Assembly: GCA_018269055.1 (NCBI GenBank)
Contig: JAFDVI010000015.1
Location: forward strand, 618 to 64,617
DNA length: 64,000 nucleotides
Direction of reading: 5' to 3'
From: Acidobacteriota bacterium
Lineage (GTDB): Bacteria > Acidobacteriota > Blastocatellia > RBC074
Shown here: piece by piece, positions 1-10,333 of the stretch
How the letters are laid out: each line of letters begins with the position of its first letter
Numbering within the stretch: the stretch's first letter is position 1
The notes under the pieces: model-generated
Told to the model about the DNA's origin: nothing
The model's database searches: none
Seen by the model: only the letters and a program-made list of their open reading frames with translations
Position numbers and translations under genes: made by a program

Positions 1-15
1 GGTTTCTGTTTCAGG

Positions 16-705
16 TTATCGCGTGGCTTCAAAAGCTGGCAGAGCGACTTCGTGTTCAAACCGGATGCGAAGGATTGTGCCAGGAGCCAACTTGATGTCA
101 TTGCCTTTGGTCATCAACACGCCGCCTAGCACACCTCCACCGATTCCGCCTGCAACGCCGCCTAATCCGCCACCTGCTGCGCCGATCAGAACGCCGCCGA
201 GCGAACCGATTCCGCCGCCAATTCCGGCGTTTTTGGCAGTGCGCGATCCGGATTTACCACCGCCGACTTTGCCTTCGTCATTTTTCGACCGCATCTTTTC
301 GTCATTGGCGAAATCGTCAATCGCTGTCACAACGGTCGAAATTTTCTCAGTGCCATAAGACATACGCATTTTTTCAAATACGATGGTCATGGTGGCTTCT
401 TTTTGCGGGCGTTTGGCGGCTTGGACCTGTGTCACGCGGCCAATGAATTCCGTGCCGCGTGGAATGGCGACGCGTCCGTCGGCGGATCGCACCGGCTCGT
501 AAAGAACCGCGGTCACTTCGTCACCGACCTCGCTGATTTTGGAACTGAGTTGCGATTGAAGCGAAAGTTTGGCTGTGGCGCCTTGAGCAATGACGATGTT
601 TGCATTGTTGGCTGTGCTTTCCGTGTTTTCAGTTTGCGCCAGGGCACTACTGCTGAAAATCAACACGACTGCAACAATCATAGAGACAAAAAAGAGCCTT
701 TTCAT
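16..705 (-). CDS. Secreted glycine-zipper protein. It has a signal peptide and a Gly-rich 2TM-like C-terminal segment.
   Basis: The ORF track gives 16..780. An internal Met (MKRLFFVSMIVAVVLIFSSSALAQ) forms a classic signal peptide and is preceded by a GGAGGTA RBS. The C-terminus is a GxxxG-rich glycine zipper (GIGGGIGSLGGVLIGAAGGGLGGVAGGIGGGVLGG). Confidence 0.6.
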   Translation of the reverse strand: MKRLFFVSMIVAVVLIFSSSALAQTENTESTANNANIVIAQGATAKLSLQSQLSSKISEVGDEVTAVLYEPVRSADGRVAIPRGTEFIGRVTQVQAAKRPQKEATMTIVFEKMRMSYGTEKISTVVTAIDDFANDEKMRSKNDEGKVGGGKSGSRTAKNAGIGGGIGSLGGVLIGAAGGGLGGVAGGIGGGVLGGVLMTKGNDIKLAPGTILRIRFEHEVALPAFEATR

Positions 706-773
706 TGTTTTACCTCCGAATTCCCTTGTGTGATTGGATTGCCGATGGATGGCGATCTGGTAAGGGACATTCG

Positions 774-1067
774 CTACCACCGTCTGCGTTGGTCGCTGCG
801 ACGAATTTCGTCAATGTCGAAATCGCGCAACTGACTGCGATCTGAACGAGATTCCTCGGCTTCGCTTGCACCGGAAGCCCGGCGAACCAACCGAAGCGCC
901 CCATCGCGAGACTTTTTGATTTCTCGCCGTCCGTCTTCAAATAGAATCTCGACCGCTGCGCCTCCTTCCAGTAACCTCGCTATTTCGCCATACGCGATGC
1001 CGGAGCCGAATACGTACGAAATTTCGTCGCCGACGCTGATTGTTTTTGGCTTATTTGAGCCTGTCAT
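774..1067 (-). CDS. Small hypothetical protein
   Basis: ORF 774..1097. Translation was restarted at the internal Met (MTGSNKPK) that follows a GGAGGTAA RBS. No confident family assignment was made. Confidence 0.4.
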   Translation of the reverse strand: MTGSNKPKTISVGDEISYVFGSGIAYGEIARLLEGGAAVEILFEDGRREIKKSRDGALRLVRRASGASEAEESRSDRSQLRDFDIDEIRRSDQRRRW

Positions 1068-1093
1068 TGAAATTACCTCCGAAGAAAAATTTT

Positions 1094-1465
1094 TCAATAC
1101 TGATTATACGGTTTGCCGTTTGGGTCTGCACCCGCCGCGCCGCTATGAGCATCAGTGATTCCTGGTTCCGAAGCAATTGTTTGCCTTTCGATGACCCACG
1201 TTTGATTGGATTGAGTGACCGGATCAACTGGAACCTCCCGTAAGTACTTTCGGTCAACTAAATCTTGTAGCGAGTTCGGAGGCTTTTTTAAGTCCTCGGA
1301 ATAAAAATCGATGGCCCTTCGTAAGGCCCAAAGCGATTGCTGCAAAACTACGTTTTGGTTCTTTTGGCGCTTCTTTCCTTCTAAATAAAACGGGATTCCA
1401 GGGGCTATCGCAAATACCAGAGAGAAGACTACCAACAAGACTATATTGAATGATGGCATTTTCAT
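1094..1465 (-). CDS. GspG-like pseudopilin-domain protein. It has an N-terminal hydrophobic helix but lacks a canonical prepilin cleavage motif.
   Basis: The C-terminal region (LRRAIDFYSEDLKKPPNSLQDLVDRKYLREVPVDPVT...DAHSGAAGADPNGKPY) resembles the type II secretion GspG globular domain. The N-terminus, MKMPSFNIVLLVVFSLVFA, is hydrophobic but not GFTLIE-like. Confidence 0.45.
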   Translation of the reverse strand: MKMPSFNIVLLVVFSLVFAIAPGIPFYLEGKKRQKNQNVVLQQSLWALRRAIDFYSEDLKKPPNSLQDLVDRKYLREVPVDPVTQSNQTWVIERQTIASEPGITDAHSGAAGADPNGKPYNQY

Positions 1466-1489
1466 TTTGTTCTTTACGCTCTCAAGGCT

Positions 1490-2209
1490 TTATCTGAATG
1501 AATGCAGTGCTAAATCATTCAAATGCGGAAGCGAATTGAAGGTATCCAGTGAGATACGTCCGCTGCCAAATGTGAATTCGGTCAATGAGCAGTTTTTGAC
1601 ACGCCAGTTGATCTGTAGAGCTTGTCGTTCCGGCGCTTCGAGCACGGTTTGCACCGTCGCGCCGATGACGCCGCCGGAGGTGAACACCGCCACGCGGCGG
1701 CCACTGCCTTCTGCAGAGACGATTTGCTTCAACGCGCGACGAATGCGCGTTCGGAAGCTCGTCCACGATTCAAAACCGTCAATCTCCAATTCGCCGCTCA
1801 GCCAAAGCTGAGTGACGACTTCAAACATTCGTTGAAAATAGCGATTGCGGTCGGGCGAATTCCTGTTGGCCTCAAACTCTGCCAGCAAGCCACGAAACTT
1901 TTCATCGCGTTCGGCATAAGCCGGAATCAATTTGCGGGAGATTCCATCGGCATCGTATTCGTTCAAATCCGGCGTGGTTTGCGGCTCTGGCCAGGGCAAC
2001 CCTGCTTCCAGAAAGCATTGGCCGACGATTTCCGCCGTTCGCTGTTGGCGAACCAAGGTGCCGCTGTACACTTCGCCAACACTGACGCCGTTTTTGACCC
2101 AGTAACGTCCAAGCAATCGCGCCTGCTCTTCGCCGAGCGCAGTAAGCTGATCGCTGTCTTTTTCAAAGGCGCGGGCTTGTCCGTGCCTGATATAAGTTAG
2201 TGTTGCCAT
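1490..2209 (-). CDS. Histidine phosphatase family protein (phosphoglycerate mutase-like)
   Basis: An N-terminal RHG catalytic motif (YIRHGQA) is present. The protein is 239 aa with no signal peptide. Confidence 0.7.
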   Translation of the reverse strand: MATLTYIRHGQARAFEKDSDQLTALGEEQARLLGRYWVKNGVSVGEVYSGTLVRQQRTAEIVGQCFLEAGLPWPEPQTTPDLNEYDADGISRKLIPAYAERDEKFRGLLAEFEANRNSPDRNRYFQRMFEVVTQLWLSGELEIDGFESWTSFRTRIRRALKQIVSAEGSGRRVAVFTSGGVIGATVQTVLEAPERQALQINWRVKNCSLTEFTFGSGRISLDTFNSLPHLNDLALHSFR

Positions 2210-2345
2210 AAATGCTTTGTTACACTGCCGAACGGTTGAAAATTCACTCGCAGACTCAACGGGCGAAGTTTAGCCTGAAGTCGGCCGATTTCATAAAGAC
2301 AAACAACTGCCAGTCGTTTTGATTTTGTAGAGGTGGTAACGCCGA

Positions 2346-3092
2346 ATGAGTTATTTGCCGGAAAAAACTTATTCCGATTACGACCGCTTTGCGTGGTTTT
2401 ATAATCGCTATTGGGGACCGGAATTCAGTTCGCCTGCGCTGGCGATTTATAACATTTTGCTGTTTCCGCATATTCCTACGAATTGTCGGATCTTGGATTT
2501 ATGTTGCGGAACAGGGCAGATTTCCGCTGGGTTGAGCGAACGCGGTTATCAGGTGACTGGGCTGGACGGTTCAGCGGCGATGCTGCGCTTTGCGCGTGAC
2601 AATGCCCCCGGCGTGGAGTTCATTCACGGTGACGCCCGAACGTTTCAATTGCCTCAATCGGTTGAATGCGTGATTTCGGCATTTGATAGCTTGAACCATG
2701 TGATGGCGCTGGACGAACTGACAACGGTTTTTCGGCACGTATACGAAGCGTTGACCGAAGACGGAATTTTTCTGTTTGACCTGAATATCGAAGACGCTTC
2801 GGAATTGGTGGGAAACACGCTGGACATTGTCGAAGACGATCACGTTTGCATCGTCCGCAGCAGTTACAACCAGCTTAAAAAACTGAAGCGATACGATGTC
2901 ACGATGTTTCAATTGGAGTTGGAAGGGTGGCAGCGAACCGATCTGACGCTGTATCAGCGCTATTACGGCATCAATGATGTTCTGGGAGCGTTGGCCGATG
3001 CCGGGTTTTTACGTGTCAAAACGTATGATGCCCGTCGCGAATTCGGGTTCACCATCAGTGATGGAAGAATGTTTTATCTGGCAAGAAAATGA
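2346..3092 (+). CDS. Class I SAM-dependent methyltransferase
   Basis: Rossmann motif [11 protein letters not shown], followed by an acidic motif II (VTGLDGS) and a motif post I. Confidence 0.75.
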   Translation: MSYLPEKTYSDYDRFAWFYNRYWGPEFSSPALAIYNILLFPHIPTNCRILDLCCGTGQISAGLSERGYQVTGLDGSAAMLRFARDNAPGVEFIHGDARTFQLPQSVECVISAFDSLNHVMALDELTTVFRHVYEALTEDGIFLFDLNIEDASELVGNTLDIVEDDHVCIVRSSYNQLKKLKRYDVTMFQLELEGWQRTDLTLYQRYYGINDVLGALADAGFLRVKTYDARREFGFTISDGRMFYLARK

Positions 3093-3111
3093 CTTACGCC
3101 AGCAGAAAATA

Positions 3112-3777
3112 ATGAATCAGAACTTCAAACCACGCGTAAAAATTTGTTGCATCGGCAGTCTGGCCGAAGCGGATTTGGCGATTCGTTACGGCGCTTCGGC
3201 GCTGGGACTGGTTTCTGCGATGCCCAGCGGGCCAGGCGTGATTGAGGAAAACCTGATTGCCGAGATCGTTGCACACGTTCCGCCACCGATTGCCACGTTT
3301 TTGTTGACCAGCAAACAGGGCGTGAATTCGATCATCGAACAGCAACGCCGGTTGCGCGCGAATACGATCCAGATTGTTGATCGGTTGGAGCAGGGAAGTT
3401 ACGGCGATTTGCGCGTGGCGCTGCCAGGTATTTCACTGGTGCAGGTGATTCACGTCGGTGACGAAGACTCGGTTGAGGAAGCCGTGTCGGTTGCGGCGCA
3501 TGTGGACGCCATTCTGCTGGATTCCGGCAACCAGAAACTTGCGGTGAAAGAACTCGGAGGTACGGGGAGAACGCACGATTGGAGGCTCAGCCGAAAAATT
3601 CGCGAAGCCGTCAGCGTGCCAGTCTTTCTGGCTGGCGGATTGAAGCCAGAAAATGTAGTGGACGCAATTCAAGCCGTTGAGCCATTCGGCTTGGATTTAT
3701 GCAGCGGAGTCCGGACAAACGGAAAACTGGACGAAGAAAAACTGGGGCGATTTTTTGAGCAACTGGCGATGGCTTGA
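3112..3777 (+). CDS. trpF: Phosphoribosylanthranilate isomerase
   Basis: An internal Met precedes KPRVKICCIGSLAEADLAIRYGASALGLV, which is the PRAI N-terminal signature. A TIM-barrel C-terminus (FLAGGLKPENV...DLCSGVR) follows. The upstream part of ORF 2974..3777 overlaps the methyltransferase and is probably not translated. Confidence 0.8.
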   Translation: MNQNFKPRVKICCIGSLAEADLAIRYGASALGLVSAMPSGPGVIEENLIAEIVAHVPPPIATFLLTSKQGVNSIIEQQRRLRANTIQIVDRLEQGSYGDLRVALPGISLVQVIHVGDEDSVEEAVSVAAHVDAILLDSGNQKLAVKELGGTGRTHDWRLSRKIREAVSVPVFLAGGLKPENVVDAIQAVEPFGLDLCSGVRTNGKLDEEKLGRFFEQLAMA

Positions 3778-3802
3778 AACCAAGCGACCGCAAAGGCAGA
3801 AA

Positions 3803-3843
3803 GGGCGCAGAGCGATTTTCACTCTGCGCCCCTTCAACTTTTT
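3803..3843. terminator. Rho-independent terminator hairpin between the convergent trpF and TBDR genes (bidirectional)
   Basis: A perfect 10-bp stem, gggcgcagag / ctctgcgccc, with a 9-nt loop. It is followed by cttcaacttttt on the + strand and sits in the 83-bp gap between convergent genes. Confidence 0.6.
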
Positions 3844-3860
3844 ACCGAGTGTCTGGTTTG

Positions 3861-6800
3861 TTAGAACGTGATTCGTATGGACAGTTGCACCTGCCGTGGA
3901 TCGCCTACGCCTTGTCGCAGGAAGCCGTCGAAATTGAACAGCCCCGGTGAAGTGTTCAGCGTGTCAATGGGCAATGGCGCAACCGTTTGCGGGTTGATCA
4001 GGTTTTTGTTGTTGAGGGTATTGAACATCTCGAAGGTCGGAATGATGGCGAAGCGTTCGCCTCCAAAGCGGCGCGACAGCGTCCAATCCAGCGAGAAGTA
4101 TTCATTGTCTTTTCGCACCGTGTTGCGATTGAGCGCCGTGCGAACATCCGGGGTAATTGGCTGTGCGCTACGCGCTTGAATGCGGACGTTGCTTTGGAAC
4201 TTGCCGGGCAATTCGGTGTTCATCGAAAAGTTGAACTTGTGGCGAATGTCGCGGTCGGCCAACGCGTAATCCAGATAGAGGCGGTGAATGTCAAACGAAC
4301 GGTCAGTGAACGGATCACGTTCGTTGGAATCGTCGTCGTAATCTTGCGAATAAACGTAGTTTCCGTCGAACTGAATTCCGTGACTGAAGCGTTTGCGCAA
4401 CCCGACGGTGACACCGCGATAAAGCGATTTACCCACAGAACTGGTGACCATCACTTCGCCAAGTTGCGGGGAAAAGATGCCGTCGCGGTTGGCGTTCAAA
4501 AAACGCGTCATGTGAACGCCTTTGGAATGGGTGAAGTCCAGATACACCGCCAGCGAATTGACGATTTCATGTTCAATGCCGAAGTTGGTCGTGTAAATGC
4601 GCGGATTCGCGTAATCGCGGCTGAATACGCGCACACCTGAAAACAATGGGAATTGGCCAGCAGGAACCTTGGATGGTACGGTCACATTCGGCCAGGTCGG
4701 TCCCGGAACTCCGGACGCGATGATGTCGGAATTCAGGAAGATCGTTTGCTGTTGCACGCCATTGGTGGTGATGGATCCGACCTGCGACAACATGTTTTGG
4801 CGTGCGTTGAAGATTCCCCAGCTTGCACGGAAAACGGTTTTTCCATTTTGGCCTAAATCCCAAGCCAATCCGACGCGCGGTTGGAACATCAGCTTTTGAT
4901 CGGGCAACGTGCCATCCGACGGGAAACGCGGGTCTTTCAGAAAACTGCCATAGGCGGTGGATTCCGGAGAGACGGTCATTGCCGGGAACATCTGGGCTTC
5001 CCAACGCAACCCGTAACTCAATGTCAGGCCGTGTTTGGCTTGCCATTTGTCCTGAATAAACAGCGAGTATTCTTCGTTGTCAATGTTTGACGCGCCGGTG
5101 GCATCCGTGGCTACACCGTCAAGCGCCGCGCCCTGCAGGAAAAGAAGCAGCGGGCCGCCGGTCGTTGTCGCGCCCGACGGACAAGCCGCGCTTGCCGCAA
5201 CGTAGCTGCCGTTCGAGCAGCCTTTGATGTTCGGTCCAAATCCCGGCCCCAGGCTGGCCGGCGAAGCGTAATGCAGGAAACCCGTCACGCTGTCAAAGAT
5301 GTAACGGCCTTCAAAGAATCCACGAAATACTTGTGCGTTGTTACTGTACGTCCAGTCGCCGCCCATTTTGATGTTATGGGCTCCGGCGATGAGCGAAAAC
5401 GTGTCTTTCAACTGCCAACGTTGAAACAATTCGTCTATATTCGGCCCCAGGAAAAACGGATTGCCGAATCGGAAAGAAGGCCCAAATCCCATTGCCGTGT
5501 CGGCTGGGATATTGGATTGCGTTGCCGAACGGGGGCGGTCTTCGCGCAAATAGGTGGCGTGAAATTCATTGACCATCGTTGCCGAAAGCGTCGTGAACAG
5601 GTTCAGGTTGAAGGCGTGGATTTTTCCGGGGCCTTCCGTGCCGTTGGCGGTTGTGCCGTATGTCGGAACGTCAAATGTCTCGTTTTCCTTCTTTGATCGG
5701 TTGAAGTTGTAGGACAGGGCCAGTTCGTTGGTCGGAGTCAGGTTGAAATTCAATTTGCCCAAAAACGCCGACGTGTTAATCGGCTTTTTGACTGGTTGGC
5801 CTTCGTCCTGATTGCGTGTGGTTTTGAAGAAATTGATCAAAGCCAGGCGTTGGCAATCGGCGCTGCTGTTGATCAATGCTTCGTTGGCTTGAATGGTTGG
5901 CGTTTGCACGGAGCAGGGAGCGCCAATCGGCCCGCTCAAATTCGGGCGAGTCAGGTTGCCCAAAATCTGTTCAAACGCACCAAAGAAAAATGCCCTGTCT
6001 TTTTTGATAGCTCCGCCGATGTTGCCGCCGAATTGTTCGCGATGAAAATCCTTGAGCGGTTTGCCGTCAGCAGTGTCTGAGGTCAGAGCTTCCAGCCGCT
6101 GGAAATGAAACAAGTCTCCACGCAGTTGGTTGCCGCCGGATTTGGTGATGACGTTGATCACGCCGCCGGCTGAGCGACCGAATTCGGCGCTGGCGCCGGA
6201 AGAAACGACCTGAAATTCCTTGATTGCGCCGATAGGAATATCAATCGCGGCGCGTTGCCCGCCAGCCTGTTCGGCAAAAAATCCGTTGTTGTAATCGCCA
6301 CCATCCAGGCTGATGTTATTGAAAATTCCGCGCTGACCGTTGAAGTTGATTTCGTCGCCATCGGGCCCTTGCGTGATGCTCACCCCCGGCGTCAACGTCA
6401 GCAAATCTTCAAATTTGCGCCCCAGCACGGGAGTGCGGCTGATGGCTTTTTCGTTCAGCGTCGCGCTGGCTTCGGTTTTGACCGTGTCAATCGTCGGCGA
6501 AGCGGTGATGGTAATGCGATCCTGCACCGCCGACACTTTCAGGCTCAGATTCAGGTTGATTGTCTGGCCGACGGTCAATGGAATGTTTTGTTGTTCCAGC
6601 GTCGAATACCCTTGTTTGGTCACCGTCAGCGTGTAGCTGCCGGGTTGCAGTTGCAGGAACACAAAGCGTCCGTTTGAATCCGTACTTAGATTTTTGTTGG
6701 TGTTGGTATCCAGGTTTTTGACTTCAACGGTTGCGCCGGCAATGACCGCGCCGGTTTGATCGCTGATTGTCCCCTGAATCGAACCTGTTGTGCTTTGCGA

Positions 6801-6875
6801 TTGCGCCAGGGCCGCGGAAACAGCGGTCAGCAAGACGAGCGAGAAAAGTACTACCAGTCGAATGGTATGTTGCAT
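3861..6875 (-). CDS. TonB-dependent receptor with an N-terminal carboxypeptidase-regulatory-like (CarboxypepD_reg) domain
   Basis: 1004 aa. It has a signal peptide, then GTISDQTGAVIAGATVEVKNLDTNTNKNLSTDSNGRFVF (CarboxypepD_reg), a plug-like region and a long beta-barrel that ends in a terminal Phe (RITF). Confidence 0.85.
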   Translation of the reverse strand: MQHTIRLVVLFSLVLLTAVSAALAQSQSTTGSIQGTISDQTGAVIAGATVEVKNLDTNTNKNLSTDSNGRFVFLQLQPGSYTLTVTKQGYSTLEQQNIPLTVGQTINLNLSLKVSAVQDRITITASPTIDTVKTEASATLNEKAISRTPVLGRKFEDLLTLTPGVSITQGPDGDEINFNGQRGIFNNISLDGGDYNNGFFAEQAGGQRAAIDIPIGAIKEFQVVSSGASAEFGRSAGGVINVITKSGGNQLRGDLFHFQRLEALTSDTADGKPLKDFHREQFGGNIGGAIKKDRAFFFGAFEQILGNLTRPNLSGPIGAPCSVQTPTIQANEALINSSADCQRLALINFFKTTRNQDEGQPVKKPINTSAFLGKLNFNLTPTNELALSYNFNRSKKENETFDVPTYGTTANGTEGPGKIHAFNLNLFTTLSATMVNEFHATYLREDRPRSATQSNIPADTAMGFGPSFRFGNPFFLGPNIDELFQRWQLKDTFSLIAGAHNIKMGGDWTYSNNAQVFRGFFEGRYIFDSVTGFLHYASPASLGPGFGPNIKGCSNGSYVAASAACPSGATTTGGPLLLFLQGAALDGVATDATGASNIDNEEYSLFIQDKWQAKHGLTLSYGLRWEAQMFPAMTVSPESTAYGSFLKDPRFPSDGTLPDQKLMFQPRVGLAWDLGQNGKTVFRASWGIFNARQNMLSQVGSITTNGVQQQTIFLNSDIIASGVPGPTWPNVTVPSKVPAGQFPLFSGVRVFSRDYANPRIYTTNFGIEHEIVNSLAVYLDFTHSKGVHMTRFLNANRDGIFSPQLGEVMVTSSVGKSLYRGVTVGLRKRFSHGIQFDGNYVYSQDYDDDSNERDPFTDRSFDIHRLYLDYALADRDIRHKFNFSMNTELPGKFQSNVRIQARSAQPITPDVRTALNRNTVRKDNEYFSLDWTLSRRFGGERFAIIPTFEMFNTLNNKNLINPQTVAPLPIDTLNTSPGLFNFDGFLRQGVGDPRQVQLSIRITF

Positions 6876-7053
6876 TCTGTGCCTCCTAAGGGAAATGTTG
6901 TGAATTTGTCCCTAGTCCTGAGTCGTTGAATTGAGCGCACTACAATGGCGCGCACTTTTTTAGTGTTGATGACTGCAAAGCTTAAGTTGATGAGTTCGGG
7001 TTGACGCCGCGGATTCTAAAGATCGTCTGCGGAAGTGGCAAGAGGACAAATCC

Positions 7054-7087
7054 GCGAACAGTGCCAAAAATCACTGGGACTGTTCGC
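7054..7087. terminator. Hairpin downstream of the lipoprotein gene. It is a possible terminator or regulatory stem in the TBDR upstream region.
   Basis: A 9-bp perfect inverted repeat, gcgaacagt / actgttcgc, with a 16-nt A-rich loop. No strong T-tract follows. Confidence 0.3.
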
Positions 7088-7100
7088 AGATTGGACAAGG

Positions 7101-7748
7101 TCACTTTTTGACGGATTTCAGCAGGGTTTTGAATTCGTTTTGCGCGGCGGCAATGGTTTTGGCCGGGCCCGTCAATTTGAAAAAGACCACGCTGGAAGGA
7201 TCTTCGACAATTGCGCCGAGCATACGATAGCCCGGCTTTGGGGTTGGCGCTTGTCCCATGGCCATTCCGCCTCCGGAAAACGTTCCCGTCACATCCACCG
7301 TGGTCACGGTTAAACCGTTGATGGTTTCTTTTCCCTGTTTGGCCTTGGCCGCCGAAGCGCTTCCGTCCGGTTGTTGAAACTGCCCGATCCAGCGATCAAT
7401 GTTTGCCTGTGTGCCGCCTCCGATGTTGACGAACACTGCGCATTCCCCGCCTTCGCTGTCGCCCGCAGCCGCAGGAACCAGGTAAGTTGCTGCGCGCATA
7501 CCGCCGGCAGGTTTGGCTTCCCAGTGCGACGGAGCTGTCCATTTAATCTCGCCGGTCGGACCGCTGGGTCGCATTGGAACCGACGCCGGAGCCGAGGAAC
7601 TCGTCTCCGGCGCTGTCGCAGCGGTTGACGAACTTGCGGTTTGATTGGACGTAATTTCTTTGGGGGCATCCGCGCAGGCAGCAAACAGTAACGCAGAAGC
7701 GAAAACGGCTGCGGCACACCAGTTGGCAAACGTACAAATGAATTTCAT
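7101..7748 (-). CDS. Hypothetical lipoprotein (Ser/Thr/Ala-rich linker plus a C-terminal globular domain)
   Basis: An internal Met ([25 protein letters not shown]) gives a lipobox LFAAC. This is followed by a low-complexity [16 protein letters not shown] linker. The ORF track gives 7101..7787. Confidence 0.6.
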   Translation of the reverse strand: MKFICTFANWCAAAVFASALLFAACADAPKEITSNQTASSSTAATAPETSSSAPASVPMRPSGPTGEIKWTAPSHWEAKPAGGMRAATYLVPAAAGDSEGGECAVFVNIGGGTQANIDRWIGQFQQPDGSASAAKAKQGKETINGLTVTTVDVTGTFSGGGMAMGQAPTPKPGYRMLGAIVEDPSSVVFFKLTGPAKTIAAAQNEFKTLLKSVKK

Positions 7749-7807
7749 AAAAAACTCCCTCTCAAGAATGAAAATGGGACAAGGCAAAAAGCTTGCCCCT
7801 AGTGATC

Positions 7808-9145
7808 TCAGGCTTCACTCGGTGGAGCCGATTTGTCTTTGAAGAACAGCAGGAAAATGATCAGAATCACCGCTGCGAAAATCGCCGGTTTTGCCCACAA
7901 CGGTTTCCATTCAATGGCTTTCAACTCTGTGCGGCGCAGTTCGGCTTTTTGCGCTTCAAGCTGGGCAATCTGCGCCGGATCGGCTGCGGGATTGGCTTTC
8001 AGCTTTTCCAACTCGGCGGTTTTGGCGACCATTTGCTGCGCCGCTTCGGTGGATTTCGCTGTCGTGTGTTGGCTCAGAACATAATCGGCGGCCTTGGCTC
8101 CGATGAACATGCCCAGTCCCAAGGTGAACAGAACGATCAACCCTTGCGCCTGTGCGCGAATATGTTTGGGCGCAACCTGATCGGTGTAAATCTGTCCCGT
8201 GACAAAGAAAAAGTCGTAACAAATGCCGTGCAGCAAAATTCCGACGATGATCATCCAGCGAATTTCGTCCGGCGCACCGAACGAAAACAGCGCGTACCGA
8301 ATCACCCACGCCAGCATTCCCACCGCCAGCATCCACTTTACGCCCAGCTTGCGGAAAAACAGCGGCATCACCAGCATAAAAAAGATTTCCGACATCTGGC
8401 CATAAGACATTGTTTGTCCAATCGGCAAGCCGGTCATTTCCACAATCCGGCTGGTGATTTGGTAATAAAATGAAAGTGGAATGCAGATCAAAAACGACGA
8501 AAGCGCAAAAATCAGATAGGACGGTTTGGTCAGCAATGCCAACGCGTCTAATCCAAGCGCCTGGCCGATGCTGACGTTGCCGTTTTTCACCGGCGGCGTA
8601 TTGGGAAGCGCCAAACTGTAAATGCCCAGCAAAATTCCTGCGCCAGCCGTCAGATAAAACATCTCTACGCCGGTTTCCCATTTCAACCAACTCAGCGAAA
8701 GACCGGCAACAATCCATCCGATCGTCCCCAACACGCGGATCAACGGAAAGTCTTTTTCCGTATCCTCAATGTTTCTCATCGCCAGCGTATTGCTCATTGC
8801 CAGCGTTGGGTAGTACGTCAACTGACTGAGAAAAATGACGAAGTTGATGGAAGCCGGCGAACTGCCTCCGGTCATCATCTTTGCCGCAGCAAACATCAGC
8901 ACGCCGCCGATCAAATGCATCGCGGCCATCACGTGTTGCGCGGCGAAAAACCGATCAGCAATCATTCCCACAAAGACCGGCGCGATGATTGCCGCAATCG
9001 GCCCTACAGCATACGTCCAGCCAATGTCGCCAGCCGAAAAGCCAATTGTTCCCAGATAATTCGGCGCGGTGACAAACCATGCGCCCCAGACGAAAAACTG
9101 CAAGAACATCATCGCCGACAATTGCAGGCGGGTTTTCGCATTCAT
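7808..9145 (-). CDS. MFS transporter of the nucleoside:H+ symporter (NupG/XapB-like) family, with a C-terminal coiled-coil plus an extra TM extension
   Basis: The N-terminus [15 protein letters not shown] and 12 predicted TMs are typical of the NHS family. An unusual ~90-aa tail, [43 protein letters not shown], is followed by a hydrophobic helix. Confidence 0.7.
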   Translation of the reverse strand: MNAKTRLQLSAMMFLQFFVWGAWFVTAPNYLGTIGFSAGDIGWTYAVGPIAAIIAPVFVGMIADRFFAAQHVMAAMHLIGGVLMFAAAKMMTGGSSPASINFVIFLSQLTYYPTLAMSNTLAMRNIEDTEKDFPLIRVLGTIGWIVAGLSLSWLKWETGVEMFYLTAGAGILLGIYSLALPNTPPVKNGNVSIGQALGLDALALLTKPSYLIFALSSFLICIPLSFYYQITSRIVEMTGLPIGQTMSYGQMSEIFFMLVMPLFFRKLGVKWMLAVGMLAWVIRYALFSFGAPDEIRWMIIVGILLHGICYDFFFVTGQIYTDQVAPKHIRAQAQGLIVLFTLGLGMFIGAKAADYVLSQHTTAKSTEAAQQMVAKTAELEKLKANPAADPAQIAQLEAQKAELRRTELKAIEWKPLWAKPAIFAAVILIIFLLFFKDKSAPPSEA

Positions 9146-9346
9146 AAGGTTTTGTGTCTCGCTTTAGAGTTGGATTTTGAAATCGTAGATGAACGTCTGT
9201 GAAGACGTGGCGGATTCTACCCCGACTGGCTTGGCGAAGGCGAGCGCCAGTCAAAGTTTCATCAGTTTGCTTGCCATACCGAATCCGATTGAGTAAAACC
9301 TGCCTGCACTCATTTTTGACCCTGAATTCGACGCGTTAGAAACATT

Positions 9347-10333
9347 ATGGCAGAGCAAAATCTATTCATCGGAATTGACCTGGGTGGAACCAACATCAAA
9401 GCCGCTTTGGTCAACACAGACACTGGCGAAATTGCCGCAACCCGTTCGACGCCCACACATTCCCGCGAAGGCCACGAAGCCGTTATCGCGCAAATGGCCG
9501 TGCTGGTTGAAGAAATCACTTTGACCAGTCACAAAACCAAGGACGAGATCGGCGGTATTGGCATTGGCATTCCGGGCGCGCTTGATCTGGAAAAAGGCGC
9601 GACAATCTTTTTACCCAACCTGCCCGGCAATTGGCGCAACGTTCCCGTTCGCGACCAACTATCAAAATTGAGCAAATTGCACGTGGCAATTTTGAACGAC
9701 GCGCGTTCGATGACGCTGGGCGAATGGAAATTCGGCGCGGGCCGTGGATTCGACACGGCTTGTTACACGCTGGGAACAGGAATCGGTGGCGGCCTGGTGT
9801 TGAACGGCCAATTGTTTTTGGGCATCAACGGTTCGGCGGGCGAACTCGGTCACGTCAGCGTAGACCTCAACGGCCCGAAATGCGGTTGCGGCAGTCGTGG
9901 TTGCATCGAAGCGTACGCTTCCGGCCCGGCCATCGCCGCAATGGGCATGAAAGCCGTCGTCCAGGGCCGCAACACTGTGATCGCCGAAATGTGTGACGGC
10001 GATTTGAACAAGATCACGCCGGAACTGGTTTGCGAAGCTGCCCGGCGAGGCGATGAAGCCGCGCGCGAAATTTATGAATTTGCCGGAAAAATCATCGGCG
10101 CGGGCATCGCCAATGTGATCACGGCTGTCACCCCCCGCCGCATCGTCATTGGCGGAGGCGTCGCCGCAGCCGGAGAACTGATTCTTGATCCGATTCGCCG
10201 CTCAATGCGTTCGCGCGTCTTTCTGGTGGATTCGCTGCAAGTCGAAGTCGTCCCAGCGCAACTTGGTAACAACGCGGGGCTGATTGGCGCAGCCACCTGG
10301 GCCAGACACCAGCTTGAAGGAAAAGGGAAATGA
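9347..10333 (+). CDS. ROK family sugar kinase (glucokinase-like)
   Basis: The ATP motif [11 protein letters not shown] and the zinc motif [25 protein letters not shown] (CXCGXXGC) are both present. Confidence 0.85.
   Translation: MAEQNLFIGIDLGGTNIKAALVNTDTGEIAATRSTPTHSREGHEAVIAQMAVLVEEITLTSHKTKDEIGGIGIGIPGALDLEKGATIFLPNLPGNWRNVPVRDQLSKLSKLHVAILNDARSMTLGEWKFGAGRGFDTACYTLGTGIGGGLVLNGQLFLGINGSAGELGHVSVDLNGPKCGCGSRGCIEAYASGPAIAAMGMKAVVQGRNTVIAEMCDGDLNKITPELVCEAARRGDEAAREIYEFAGKIIGAGIANVITAVTPRRIVIGGGVAAAGELILDPIRRSMRSRVFLVDSLQVEVVPAQLGNNAGLIGAATWARHQLEGKGK

Noticed and set aside
23-358. Pro-rich 111-aa + strand ORF
   Set aside because: It is antisense to the glycine-zipper gene. The PPP run is the reverse complement of the GGx repeats, and there is no RBS.
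3987-6677. Several 60-220-aa ORFs inside or antisense to the first TBDR gene (for example 3987..4640, 4573..5046, 5271..5696, 6255..6677)
   Set aside because: They are nested within a well-supported 1004-aa receptor gene. They have GC-rich antisense-frame composition (Arg/Ala/Gly-rich) and no independent signals.
7310-8717. ORFs 7310..7729, 7793..8473 and 7956..8717 overlapping the lipoprotein and NupG-like genes
   Set aside because: They are antisense or alternate frames of confidently assigned genes and are Arg-rich translations typical of spurious high-GC ORFs.
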